Shown here piece after piece: positions 16,422-25,840 of a stretch of 27,066 nt of DNA. The notes under the pieces were generated by a model, which worked only from the letters and a program-made list of their open reading frames with translations, ran no database searches and was not told the DNA's origin. This stretch comes from a virus (taxonomy: Duplodnaviria > Caudoviricetes). The translations under genes were made by a program, and so were the position numbers. The DNA is taken from positions 1 to 27,066 of the IMG/VR virus record IMGVR_UViG_3300032258_000009; one strand, given 5' to 3'. Every line of letters begins with the position of its first letter. Positions within the stretch are counted from its first letter, which is position 1.

Positions 16422-19400
16422 ATGGGATTTAAAGACGTATTTAAAAAAATTGGTTCAGGATTTAAAAATGTATTCAGTTCACTTGGTGGGGCTGTTACTG
16501 ATCTTGCTGTGAATTTTGGTTTAGCACTATTAACTGGTGCATTATTTAAGCCAAAATTAGAATCTTCTGGACAGAAAGGACTACAAACAAGTGTTCAAAG
16601 CCCTATAGAACCTAGAACGGTTGTATATGGTGAAACGCGTGTGGGTGGACCTTGGATATTTATGGAAGAAACCAATATTGATGATCAGGATGATACACAA
16701 GACACTAATAAATGGTTGCATGGTGTTTTAGCTATCACTACCCATCCTGTTGAAGAAATAAGTTGGGTATATATAGATGGTAAACCTTTTGATATTCGTG
16801 GTTGTTATTCTGATAATGTTAAAAAAGAAACGCCTCCTGGATCTAACATTTATTATGCTGATTATTTCTACCCTAACACTTTAGCCCCTGATGAGGGTGG
16901 AACACCTTATCGAGGAGACTTAAGACGCTACATCCCAGATCATGAAGATTTTTATACTAGATTTGATGGATCTGGCTGGTGGTCAGCGCAATTTCAGCCT
17001 CCTGCAGTCCCTTCCCCAGGTTTATCTGATGAAGCTGCAGATGATGAAAGAAAACAAGTTTCTAAAATTTGGAAGAAAAATTTATACTTTATTCCAGTTA
17101 CTGGTAAATGGATTTATAAAGCTCATACAGAGGGTGGAAATCTTTGGTCAAATTTATATAATGACGAAGACTTTGTACGCTCTGAAGAAGTACGAAAAAG
17201 TATTCAAAGAGCGGGACAAGACTATACTTACGCTACTGTAGGCGGTACAGTAGATACAAGTACTATTCCTTGGAATTTCAATCATAGAGTAGAGCGTTGT
17301 TCTTACTTATATTTAAGGCTTAAGTATGATAAAGAATATACTCGTGGAATCCCTAATGTTTCTGTTTTAGTAAAAGGAAAGCCAATATACAATCCTTTAG
17401 CTGATCCAACTAAATATATTAAAGATACTAGTAATGATAGAGCGGCTTATAGTAATGTTACTACATATTATGTCGGTAATATTGTCACCCATAGTAGTAT
17501 AGATTATGTTTGTATCCAATCAGGCACTGGACAGCAACCAGATATTAGTCCAGAATACTGGGTATCTAGAACTCATGAATTGCCTGATTATAATAATGAT
17601 AGTTATGGTGTTCAATTAAGAAAAGAAGGTACTTGGACTTATTCTGCTAATTGGGCATTGTGTACTTTAGATTATTTATTAGATCCATACTATGGGTTAA
17701 AAGTATCTACTACAGGAGATGTAGTAGAATTGGATTGGGATAGTATAAATAAAGCAGTTATAGATGCTTGTGATGGTGGATATTTTTTCCGTACTAAAGA
17801 AAATGCACCTACACTAGAAGGATCTATTTTAGACTACGTAGATTGTAACGGAGCATTTAAAGTAGATGTTACTCCTATTGATATTTTAGAAACTCTTTTA
17901 GCCGCAGGCTTAGGAGAGTTAGCGTATGCTCAAGGTAGACATCATTTATTTGCAAATACATACAGAGAGCCCGATGGTGATCCAACAGACGACAGTGCAG
18001 TTATTTTAGATGAATCTTATATTGCAGATGGCGGAATAAGTGTTGCCACAGCTTTGCCCACTAGTGATACATTTAATGTTGTTACAGGTACTTATGTACA
18101 AGTTTACAATCCGAAAGGCACTAAAAGAAGTTATGACGCTGTAGAGTTTGACCCTATACGTCAAACTGTTTATATTGCAGAAGATGAAGAAGAACTTCCT
18201 AGAGAAGTATCCTTTCCATTTACACATGATAAAGATCAAGCTGAAAAGTTAGCAGCTTCATTAATTGAAAAACCTAGACGTTCCTTTATTATAGAAGCTA
18301 ATTGTAATGTAAAAGCTTGGAAATTTAAAGTAGGAGATATAGTTTATGTATCATTAGATCGTTTAGGTTTAGATGATACTATTCAAAATTGTTATACAAT
18401 AGATAGTTCTTCTCCATATACAACTTCATACAAACAGTTCAAAGTTTCTAGTATGAAGTTTAATGAGGATGCTACTGTTAATGTAACACTACAAGAGCAA
18501 GATTTAGGGTTATATAATCCAGAATTAGTACCAAATGATCCAGTACCAAATACCGGAGATTTGTTATTAACTGGGGTAGGTACCCAAGCTAATCCCCCTA
18601 CAAATTTACAAGCTGTTAATTTATTTCGTTATGGTCCTGACGGATCCACTACTAGTTATATTAAACTAAGTTTTGATGGTCCAAATGTTCAACCTTCTAG
18701 CCCATACGGGCCTTCAGATTTGAATTATAACTATGATTCAATATCTTTGTACAGAATTAAGTGGACTAAACGCAGTAATTTATTAAGTCCTATAGACTCT
18801 ACTGATATTGAACCAGATGGAGATCCTTGGGAATATTCTACTATTATTGCAAATAGAAACTTTAATACAGCTAGTGGAATTGATGCAGCTAAGCAGTCTT
18901 TAGAAATATTTGATTTAGATAATAATGAAGAATATCTTATCTCTGTTCAAGCTGTTCCCGAAAGTGGAGTTCCTTCAGATTGGTCAGATGCATATATATT
19001 TCATAATACTGTAACTCTTAATGTTATAACAATAACTAGTGTTGATGTGCCTGCTAATGGCCTCGGTTTTATTACTTTTGATATATATTATGATACTTTG
19101 GATTTTGATACTTTAGATAAAGTTAGAATTTTTTATAACTTTGAAAGTCCTTATGAACAGCCTGGTTCCCCTTTTGAAAGTGGGGGTCATGAAGGTGTTT
19201 ATGTGATTAGTATCCCCCCTGGAGAAATCTCTCCTGCTAGAGTTACTTTTCCAACAGATCAAATTGTATCAGGAAAATTCTGGTTTCAATTAGTAGATAG
19301 ATCAGGTGTAGAATCTAATCTTTTTGCTTATACTGAATTTGCTCAGGCGGGATCTGTAGATACCGCTCTTAATTTAGCTACTAACCAGTTTAATTTTATT

Positions 19401-22400
19401 AATACAGGATTAAGTCAACAAACAACAAGCACAACTTCTGCAGATTCAAAATTTGTTGGTAGATGTTTCTTAAAGAGAACAGATTTAGTTGAAGGGGATA
19501 ACTATGCATTTGGAGCAAATGTTGCTTTAGATGATTTTAATGGAGGCTCCCCTTCTGGAGGTGCTTTTGTAAAATTAGAATGGTTTGATGATTATGATGT
19601 TTCCTTAGGTTCTGTATCAACTACTCCTGAACCTACTCAAGGACTTACAGTAAAGTATGTAGAAGGAGTAGTACCAACAGATGCTTACTATTTTATAGTC
19701 ACTGTAGAAAAAGAAGCCACCGTAGCAGCGTGTAGAGCAGTTGCTTTTGATTATATGGTTACGCTTGGAACTTGGAAATTTTATAGACCTCCTATTGATG
19801 AACGGTTTATACAAACTGTAATTGATCCCACTTTTGAAGATGAATTCTTTTGGACAGGAGATTTCTCCATACAATACGGAGCAGGTACTAGCGGCGGGCT
19901 AATGAGAATTAATCAGCAAGTTGGTGTAGACAGTTCTGTATATTCTTTAAGACGAGCTGGCCCAGATTTTTGGGATACTACTGCTATTGATTATGATAGA
20001 GTTAAAGTAAAAGTCCGTTTTAGATGGGTTGGGGGTACAACTACTCCTTTTAGCGCTCCTATAGCTTATGTTACATTAAAAATAGCAGACGCTGGTTGGT
20101 CACCTACTGCACCTGATGAGGGTGATAATGTAGTTGTATTAGAAAAAAGTTTGGGTATATCGGCTACGGACGGCAGTGGTACATTTAAAGTTGAAAATAC
20201 TTGGTATGAGCAAGCTTTTGAGTTTTCAATAGATAACGCAGGATATCTTTATCAACGTAGTTTAAGGGCAGGTTTTAAAGTAGAAGGTATTGTATCTGGA
20301 GAAGATCCAGGATATATAGAAATTGATACTTTAGAGGTAATAGTTCTTCCTAGAGAGTTGCCTCAAACTCCTTGGGTTCCTGATGCTAATTTTGAAAATT
20401 CACAATGGTGGGAGTGGGACGAGCAGGATAATAATTGGGATGCTATTGTAACTTATGATGCTAATGCTGGTGTTAATAATACTGGTGCTATGATTATAGA
20501 TTATGGGCCATCTGGAATTACTTATTTACCTTCTAATGTTACTGCCGGTAGTTTTTTCGCTTACCAACGCAGCCCAGAAAGAGGCTTCACACCTAGAGAA
20601 CAAGATCAATTAGCCACTGTTGGCATGACATTAAGCGCTAGGTTTAGAGTAAAAATAGAAGGCGATTTACCAGATAGCCGTATGAGTTTAGAATGTCGTT
20701 TCCACGATTATTATGGATATGTCTCTTATACTAGTTTATCAGGTAATACAGGTACAATCAGTTACGACTTAGACGATTTAACCCGATTCCCTAGAGATGA
20801 ATGGGTAGAAATTAATGAGAATATTTATATAGATCCATCTGTAAAATTAGCCAATCCAGATAGAAACTTAAATTTCCAAGTTGGATTTAATTCTTACACT
20901 TTATCTAAAGATATAGGTGGTAGAATTTTAGTTGATATGATTGAAATAGAGCCTATGTCGGCAAGTTTTGGGCAAAGTAATGAATCCTCTTATGGTGGAA
21001 CACTTAATGAATTCCAAGCTACTGGTTTAGTACCCGTACCTCCATTGCCCCATAAACCTATTAACCCTACGCTCTTTTTAAGAGAAGATGGGGTATGGGC
21101 TAACCCAGCGGGAAGTACTACTGGAGCGCCTGGTGGTGGATATACTACTGAAATAGAATTTTCTCCAGATGGTACTAATTGGAATGATACTTGGACACCC
21201 GGCGATAATAATATAAGAACTAGAGAAGTTCCTAATATAGATCCTAATGATTGGCCTGTAGAACCTGGAGATATTCCATTGCCTCATCAAGTAGGAAGAT
21301 GGGCAGGCAGGGCTTCTGTTGGTACTTATGAAAATGATAGAAGAACTGTTCATTATACAAGTGATGGATCTGTCCGATTTACTCCCACTAATTTTGGAAC
21401 TCGTACCCGTAAATTATATTGTGAAGCAATTATGCAGGGTACCCCTAATTCCGCTTTCTATACTGGAATGCCTCAATTATTTATAGAACCTTTTGGTGTA
21501 GCTAAAAATTGGTGTATAAGAACTACTAATACACAGTGGATAATAGACTATGATGTATATACAACTAATACTAATGACCCGTATAATACTGGAATTGCTC
21601 CTACAACAGATAGTGCAGGAGAATCCTCAGATGTTATATCTTTAGCTATAGACCCTCCAACTAGAAAATTATGGATAGGAATTAATGGAGTCTGGGTAGG
21701 CCCAGGAACCCAAAATCCAGAGACTAATGCGGGTGGATGGGACTTATCGGACGAATTTTACGAACAAGGTACTTTTATTACTGGTAGTTGTTTTAATGGA
21801 ACAGCTAATGATGGACGAAGAATTATTTGGTCCGAAAATATTAGTTATCCTATTCCATTCGGGTATGTATTACCTAGTAACCCTACTTTAAGCGGTTTAC
21901 TACAAATTACTTCTTCTGACCCCAGAGCAGGGGATGTTCCTTTACTGTTAACATTTGAAAATAAAGAAGCAGCGAAGTCTGGAGAATTTAAGACTTATGA
22001 ATACTTTAGAGATCGTTCTATATATGAATCATTACAAGTATTATATGATGATGGTGTCGGCGATGATATATGGGAGCCTAGTAGATATGTAAGTGGTAGA
22101 TTTAATCCTCCGTCTGGTGGTAATACTTTTCATTGTGGTCAAGAATATCTTGAAAAAGTTAATATTTATTTGAATGAACGTTTTGCTATTCCGGAGGTTC
22201 CTAGGGAAAGTGGTGGTGGAGATCTTATTGACTATTCTGGAGATTTTACCGTTGAATATGTAGTATTGTGTACTAGACACGATAGACCACATAAATTTGA
22301 TGTTTGGCAAATTGGAGGAACAGGGCAAACTAATGGTTGGGTTCAGTGGACGAATGGAACCATTATAGGCAAACATCAAGGCCAAAGAGACCCTAGTGTA

Positions 22401-25400
22401 AGTCCTTTAGAAGGAAAACATTATATAACTTTATATGATGATACTACTAATAATACTGGTATTATATCTAGTGCACCCCCTTCTGGCCCTCCTGTTGCAA
22501 TGAATGAGCAATGGAACCATATGGTATTTGAGAGAGAAACTGATCTTGCAACAGGTACTGTAACAATTAGAACAGTTTGTAACGGTATAGTAATAGAAGA
22601 ATTAGAGTCAGATAGTACTAATGATATAGAATGCTCTTTAGGGCATAATATTGCTACAGTAAATGGAATGACTCAATTTGCGTTTGCATATACACAACCT
22701 GAACTAGGTTGGAGTGCCCCTTCAGATTGTTATTTTGATCAAATAAGGGTTACAGTTAATGGTTGTAGATATGGTGCCGGAAATTATCCAAGTGCACCAC
22801 CCGATAAGAAGTGGACAAGTGGTACTATTGAAGTTGTAGAAGAGCTTCCTTGGACTGAATATAATACTTGTTGCGCAGGAGATAACGGGCCGGTCAGCAC
22901 TAAACTACAATTTAGTTCCGGAGACGGCACTTGGCACGATAGCCATAGAAGTGGAGATACTTTAGCTAGACTAATAGAATTCACCCCAACAGGAGCTCCC
23001 GAAGGGAGTGCTGGTACTGCCTTCATAGATTTTTATAATCATGGTCCCCAGGGATATAGTATTATACCCAGTAGTACAAATAATAGTAACTATTATATGG
23101 GAGATAGTATTGACTCTCATAGAGCTAGCAGTAATGTAACTTTTAATAGAAATAGTGGAAAAACATATTTTGAAATAGTACCTACAGTAACGCTTAATAA
23201 TTCTCTACCTTATATTGGATTTTGGGGTAGTCAAATTAGGGGCCAACCCACTGGAAGCTATATCCCAACAGTAGGCGATGGTGGTATAACTTGGGACGCG
23301 GGCGGTAATGTTTGGCAAGAGCTACCGAGTACTGGTACAGATCTAACTGGGTATCAAGCAGGTTCTGTTTTAGGAATGGCATGGGATTGGGGGGCTAGAG
23401 CCTTTTGGATCTCTGTAAACGGAGTATGGAGTACTTATACTGGAGAGCCTGGAGATTACGACAATGCTTGGAATTGGAACCCTTCTCCAACAGGTGAGTA
23501 TGTTATTGTTTGGAACATTACTGGAAATTATTCTGAAGCAGGAGCAATGGTATGGGGAAGCATTTATACCGCTATTCCAGATTGGGATAGATTAGCTTTT
23601 TATATTCCTCCTAACCCCCTTTATTCAGTACCTACAGGATATCAATTTTATGGATCAAGTAGTAGTGATGGATTTGGTGCTACCAGCAGTAGTACTGGAG
23701 TTAAAGAACTGTCTGTATTTCCAATTGGAGCCGCTACTACTGGAAGTTTTCTTGAGTTCAGTGATGATGGTAGTTCTTGGCACACAGATTATGCTGAAGG
23801 GGACACCTATGCTAGGCTTCCTAAAGACAGTACTGTTAATACTACTACATCTGGGAATTCTTGGAGCGCTAAGGATAGTTATTGGCATAGAGGAATTTTC
23901 GATAATGCAACCGCAAGTGGGGGAGGAATGTTATTAACCGATGATGGATTTTATACTACTGGAAAACATTATTGGGAAGTTTCGTACGTATGGGATCAAT
24001 TATTTTATAATCATCAAGACTTTTATGAGGATACTAATTATCATATAGTAGGGAAATCACCTTATGTAGTAGATAGTAGTGTTTGGTGGTATGGTGAAGC
24101 ATATGGTGCAGCCATAGGGTTACTTGGTCCAGAAACAAATATACCAGATCCAGATAGGATTGGAGTAGAAAATTTTGCGACTATAGACTTTACTTATAGA
24201 GCATTTACTATAGAATCTAGACTTACTTATCATTATTTAAATAGATTATTTAGAAGAAACCCTGGAGGAGATACACCAGGTTATGCTTCTTTCTGGGAGA
24301 ATGGTGATAGAACAGATGCTACTGATGATACTCCTATGAAATGGGGAGAGAGTTGGGGATTAGCCGTAGATATTGATAATGGTTTAATGTGGATTATAGG
24401 CGACGATGGTACCGTATTTCCAAGTGGGGATCCAGCAGCAGGTACTGGTGGATATAGTATTCCTAGTGGAGAAGAATATAGATTCTTTGCAGATGCTGAT
24501 CTTAATACTGATGCCGGAAGCAAGATTAAATTAAGTTCTACTTCTAAGAATGGTGTTCCTAGTGGTTTTACTTTTCATAGTGCGGCTCAAGCGTATGACA
24601 CTCCAGATAACTTTGATGCAGCTACTTTATATTTACCTTTTGATACAGATATAAACGATGAAGGTTCCAGCCCCCAAGAAACTATGACTGCTGTTGGTTC
24701 AGCAGCTCAGTCTGATACTGCAGGGTATATAGGATTTGGAGGATTAAATAATGGGACTACAACAGGATCTTTAATTAATTATGTTAGAACTAGTATTGAT
24801 TCTGGTACAGTAGAATACGATATTTCAAGTAGTACTCCCTTTAGTGTTAAATTAAATGCTAAATGGGATGGTACTAATGGAGATCAATACCAAGTATTAT
24901 TTGGTAATGGTGTTGGTAGTATGCAGGCGTCTGGAAGTTTCTCTCTAAGAGTTGATACTGTAGATGGAGAAGCAGGAGTATATTTTAATTCCACAAGTCC
25001 TGTAATTACCGCCACAAATATAGTTCCTAGTGAATATTTAGAATATTTAATAGAAAGAGATGATTCTAATGTAATAAGATTTTATGTTGGTGGAATATAT
25101 AAAGGTAAGGTTACAAATTCCGCTGCTATAACTATGCAAGGAATAATAATTGGTTCAGCTAACGGGCAATCCGCTACATTTAGTGATTGGAATGGTTATA
25201 TTGATGAATTTATATGGATGCCCGATTTAAGTAGCCCTTATTCAGCTACACCATTTGCAGTAGGAGCTGAAACTTCATACTCTCTCGATACAGAAAAACG
25301 TTGGGATGAATCTGCTACAATTGCAGGTGATGCCTACAAAATATGGAGAATGGGTGGTTGTAATCAATATTTTGGATCTGGAACAGCTGCTACTTCATTA

Positions 25401-25496
25401 GGAAAAATAGGAGATGTATATACCGATACTACAAATAAGGATGTATATCAGAAAACAACCACTACAGTTTGGACACTTAGATATAGCTATACTTAG
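16422..25496 (+). CDS. Giant tail tip / central fiber protein (gpJ-like hub + FN3 + jelly-roll + SPRY-like + LamG-like adhesion domains)
   Basis: N-terminal PRTVVYGETRVGG, IPNVSVLVKGK.IYNP, SANWALCTLDYL..P.YG, FN.VTGTYV and VGDIVYV motifs of gpJ-type hubs. An FN3-like unit (PPTNL...Y.ISVQAV..SG..SDWS) is followed by repeated beta-rich domains. 3024 aa. Confidence 0.85.
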   Translation: MGFKDVFKKIGSGFKNVFSSLGGAVTDLAVNFGLALLTGALFKPKLESSGQKGLQTSVQSPIEPRTVVYGETRVGGPWIFMEETNIDDQDDTQDTNKWLHGVLAITTHPVEEISWVYIDGKPFDIRGCYSDNVKKETPPGSNIYYADYFYPNTLAPDEGGTPYRGDLRRYIPDHEDFYTRFDGSGWWSAQFQPPAVPSPGLSDEAADDERKQVSKIWKKNLYFIPVTGKWIYKAHTEGGNLWSNLYNDEDFVRSEEVRKSIQRAGQDYTYATVGGTVDTSTIPWNFNHRVERCSYLYLRLKYDKEYTRGIPNVSVLVKGKPIYNPLADPTKYIKDTSNDRAAYSNVTTYYVGNIVTHSSIDYVCIQSGTGQQPDISPEYWVSRTHELPDYNNDSYGVQLRKEGTWTYSANWALCTLDYLLDPYYGLKVSTTGDVVELDWDSINKAVIDACDGGYFFRTKENAPTLEGSILDYVDCNGAFKVDVTPIDILETLLAAGLGELAYAQGRHHLFANTYREPDGDPTDDSAVILDESYIADGGISVATALPTSDTFNVVTGTYVQVYNPKGTKRSYDAVEFDPIRQTVYIAEDEEELPREVSFPFTHDKDQAEKLAASLIEKPRRSFIIEANCNVKAWKFKVGDIVYVSLDRLGLDDTIQNCYTIDSSSPYTTSYKQFKVSSMKFNEDATVNVTLQEQDLGLYNPELVPNDPVPNTGDLLLTGVGTQANPPTNLQAVNLFRYGPDGSTTSYIKLSFDGPNVQPSSPYGPSDLNYNYDSISLYRIKWTKRSNLLSPIDSTDIEPDGDPWEYSTIIANRNFNTASGIDAAKQSLEIFDLDNNEEYLISVQAVPESGVPSDWSDAYIFHNTVTLNVITITSVDVPANGLGFITFDIYYDTLDFDTLDKVRIFYNFESPYEQPGSPFESGGHEGVYVISIPPGEISPARVTFPTDQIVSGKFWFQLVDRSGVESNLFAYTEFAQAGSVDTALNLATNQFNFINTGLSQQTTSTTSADSKFVGRCFLKRTDLVEGDNYAFGANVALDDFNGGSPSGGAFVKLEWFDDYDVSLGSVSTTPEPTQGLTVKYVEGVVPTDAYYFIVTVEKEATVAACRAVAFDYMVTLGTWKFYRPPIDERFIQTVIDPTFEDEFFWTGDFSIQYGAGTSGGLMRINQQVGVDSSVYSLRRAGPDFWDTTAIDYDRVKVKVRFRWVGGTTTPFSAPIAYVTLKIADAGWSPTAPDEGDNVVVLEKSLGISATDGSGTFKVENTWYEQAFEFSIDNAGYLYQRSLRAGFKVEGIVSGEDPGYIEIDTLEVIVLPRELPQTPWVPDANFENSQWWEWDEQDNNWDAIVTYDANAGVNNTGAMIIDYGPSGITYLPSNVTAGSFFAYQRSPERGFTPREQDQLATVGMTLSARFRVKIEGDLPDSRMSLECRFHDYYGYVSYTSLSGNTGTISYDLDDLTRFPRDEWVEINENIYIDPSVKLANPDRNLNFQVGFNSYTLSKDIGGRILVDMIEIEPMSASFGQSNESSYGGTLNEFQATGLVPVPPLPHKPINPTLFLREDGVWANPAGSTTGAPGGGYTTEIEFSPDGTNWNDTWTPGDNNIRTREVPNIDPNDWPVEPGDIPLPHQVGRWAGRASVGTYENDRRTVHYTSDGSVRFTPTNFGTRTRKLYCEAIMQGTPNSAFYTGMPQLFIEPFGVAKNWCIRTTNTQWIIDYDVYTTNTNDPYNTGIAPTTDSAGESSDVISLAIDPPTRKLWIGINGVWVGPGTQNPETNAGGWDLSDEFYEQGTFITGSCFNGTANDGRRIIWSENISYPIPFGYVLPSNPTLSGLLQITSSDPRAGDVPLLLTFENKEAAKSGEFKTYEYFRDRSIYESLQVLYDDGVGDDIWEPSRYVSGRFNPPSGGNTFHCGQEYLEKVNIYLNERFAIPEVPRESGGGDLIDYSGDFTVEYVVLCTRHDRPHKFDVWQIGGTGQTNGWVQWTNGTIIGKHQGQRDPSVSPLEGKHYITLYDDTTNNTGIISSAPPSGPPVAMNEQWNHMVFERETDLATGTVTIRTVCNGIVIEELESDSTNDIECSLGHNIATVNGMTQFAFAYTQPELGWSAPSDCYFDQIRVTVNGCRYGAGNYPSAPPDKKWTSGTIEVVEELPWTEYNTCCAGDNGPVSTKLQFSSGDGTWHDSHRSGDTLARLIEFTPTGAPEGSAGTAFIDFYNHGPQGYSIIPSSTNNSNYYMGDSIDSHRASSNVTFNRNSGKTYFEIVPTVTLNNSLPYIGFWGSQIRGQPTGSYIPTVGDGGITWDAGGNVWQELPSTGTDLTGYQAGSVLGMAWDWGARAFWISVNGVWSTYTGEPGDYDNAWNWNPSPTGEYVIVWNITGNYSEAGAMVWGSIYTAIPDWDRLAFYIPPNPLYSVPTGYQFYGSSSSDGFGATSSSTGVKELSVFPIGAATTGSFLEFSDDGSSWHTDYAEGDTYARLPKDSTVNTTTSGNSWSAKDSYWHRGIFDNATASGGGMLLTDDGFYTTGKHYWEVSYVWDQLFYNHQDFYEDTNYHIVGKSPYVVDSSVWWYGEAYGAAIGLLGPETNIPDPDRIGVENFATIDFTYRAFTIESRLTYHYLNRLFRRNPGGDTPGYASFWENGDRTDATDDTPMKWGESWGLAVDIDNGLMWIIGDDGTVFPSGDPAAGTGGYSIPSGEEYRFFADADLNTDAGSKIKLSSTSKNGVPSGFTFHSAAQAYDTPDNFDAATLYLPFDTDINDEGSSPQETMTAVGSAAQSDTAGYIGFGGLNNGTTTGSLINYVRTSIDSGTVEYDISSSTPFSVKLNAKWDGTNGDQYQVLFGNGVGSMQASGSFSLRVDTVDGEAGVYFNSTSPVITATNIVPSEYLEYLIERDDSNVIRFYVGGIYKGKVTNSAAITMQGIIIGSANGQSATFSDWNGYIDEFIWMPDLSSPYSATPFAVGAETSYSLDTEKRWDESATIAGDAYKIWRMGGCNQYFGSGTAATSLGKIGDVYTDTTNKDVYQKTTTTVWTLRYSYT
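21156..23816 (+). repeat. Three dispersed 21-aa protein repeats [E/Q]FSxxxxxW[H/N]xxxxxGDxxxR at 21156-21218, 22908-22970 and 23754-23816
   Basis: EFSPDGTNWNDTWTPGDNNIR, QFSSGDGTWHDSHRSGDTLAR and EFSDDGSSWHTDYAEGDTYAR align without gaps (F2, S3, W9, G16, D17 and R21 invariant). Confidence 0.85.
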
Positions 25497-25507
25497 AGGA
25501 AATTAAT

Positions 25508-25600
25508 ATGTTTGGAGAATACGTTACATTAGTTATTTTAGTAACAGCCGGATGGTTTTTACATGTCGGCTACTTAAAATACAAGAATAGAAAAAGATGA
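25508..25600 (+). CDS. 30-aa single-pass membrane peptide (not in ORF track)
   Basis: AGAGGA SD (25495-25500) lies 7 nt before the ATG. The peptide is MFGEYVTLVILVTAGWFLHVGYLKYKNRKR. Its stop overlaps the next start (ATGA) and it fills the intergenic gap exactly. Confidence 0.75.
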   Translation: MFGEYVTLVILVTAGWFLHVGYLKYKNRKR

Positions 25601-25830
25601 GTTGGAAATTAGATAAAGAAGCGGATCATTGGGATATTTATAAGCCCGAATTAAAAAGATTTTATGAAGATTTAAAAACTTTTAACTGGAAAGAGCTTCA
25701 TCATTCTTACACCAACTTATTTGTAGAAAAAAATAGATGGTTTCCGTATACTACTGGTCATATAGAAGCCATCCTCTTTCCAGTAAAAATTTTTATATTT
25801 GGATATTTTATATATCTATTATTAACTTAG
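25597..25830 (+). CDS. Hypothetical protein with C-terminal transmembrane anchor
   Basis: 77 aa, ending in hydrophobic AILFPVKIFIFGYFIYLLLT, and translationally coupled to the upstream peptide. Confidence 0.7.
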   Translation: MSWKLDKEADHWDIYKPELKRFYEDLKTFNWKELHHSYTNLFVEKNRWFPYTTGHIEAILFPVKIFIFGYFIYLLLT

Positions 25831-25840
25831 GAGAATTAAA

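Noticed and set aside
295-23937. Alternate-frame + strand ORFs 295..516, 16942..17241 and 23650..23937
   Set aside because: They are nested out of frame within terminase or tail tip genes, with no motif or convincing RBS.
25508-25830. Firm holin or spanin call for the two small membrane ORFs
   Set aside because: There is no adjacent endolysin, lipobox or periplasmic coiled coil, so they are kept as unknown membrane proteins.
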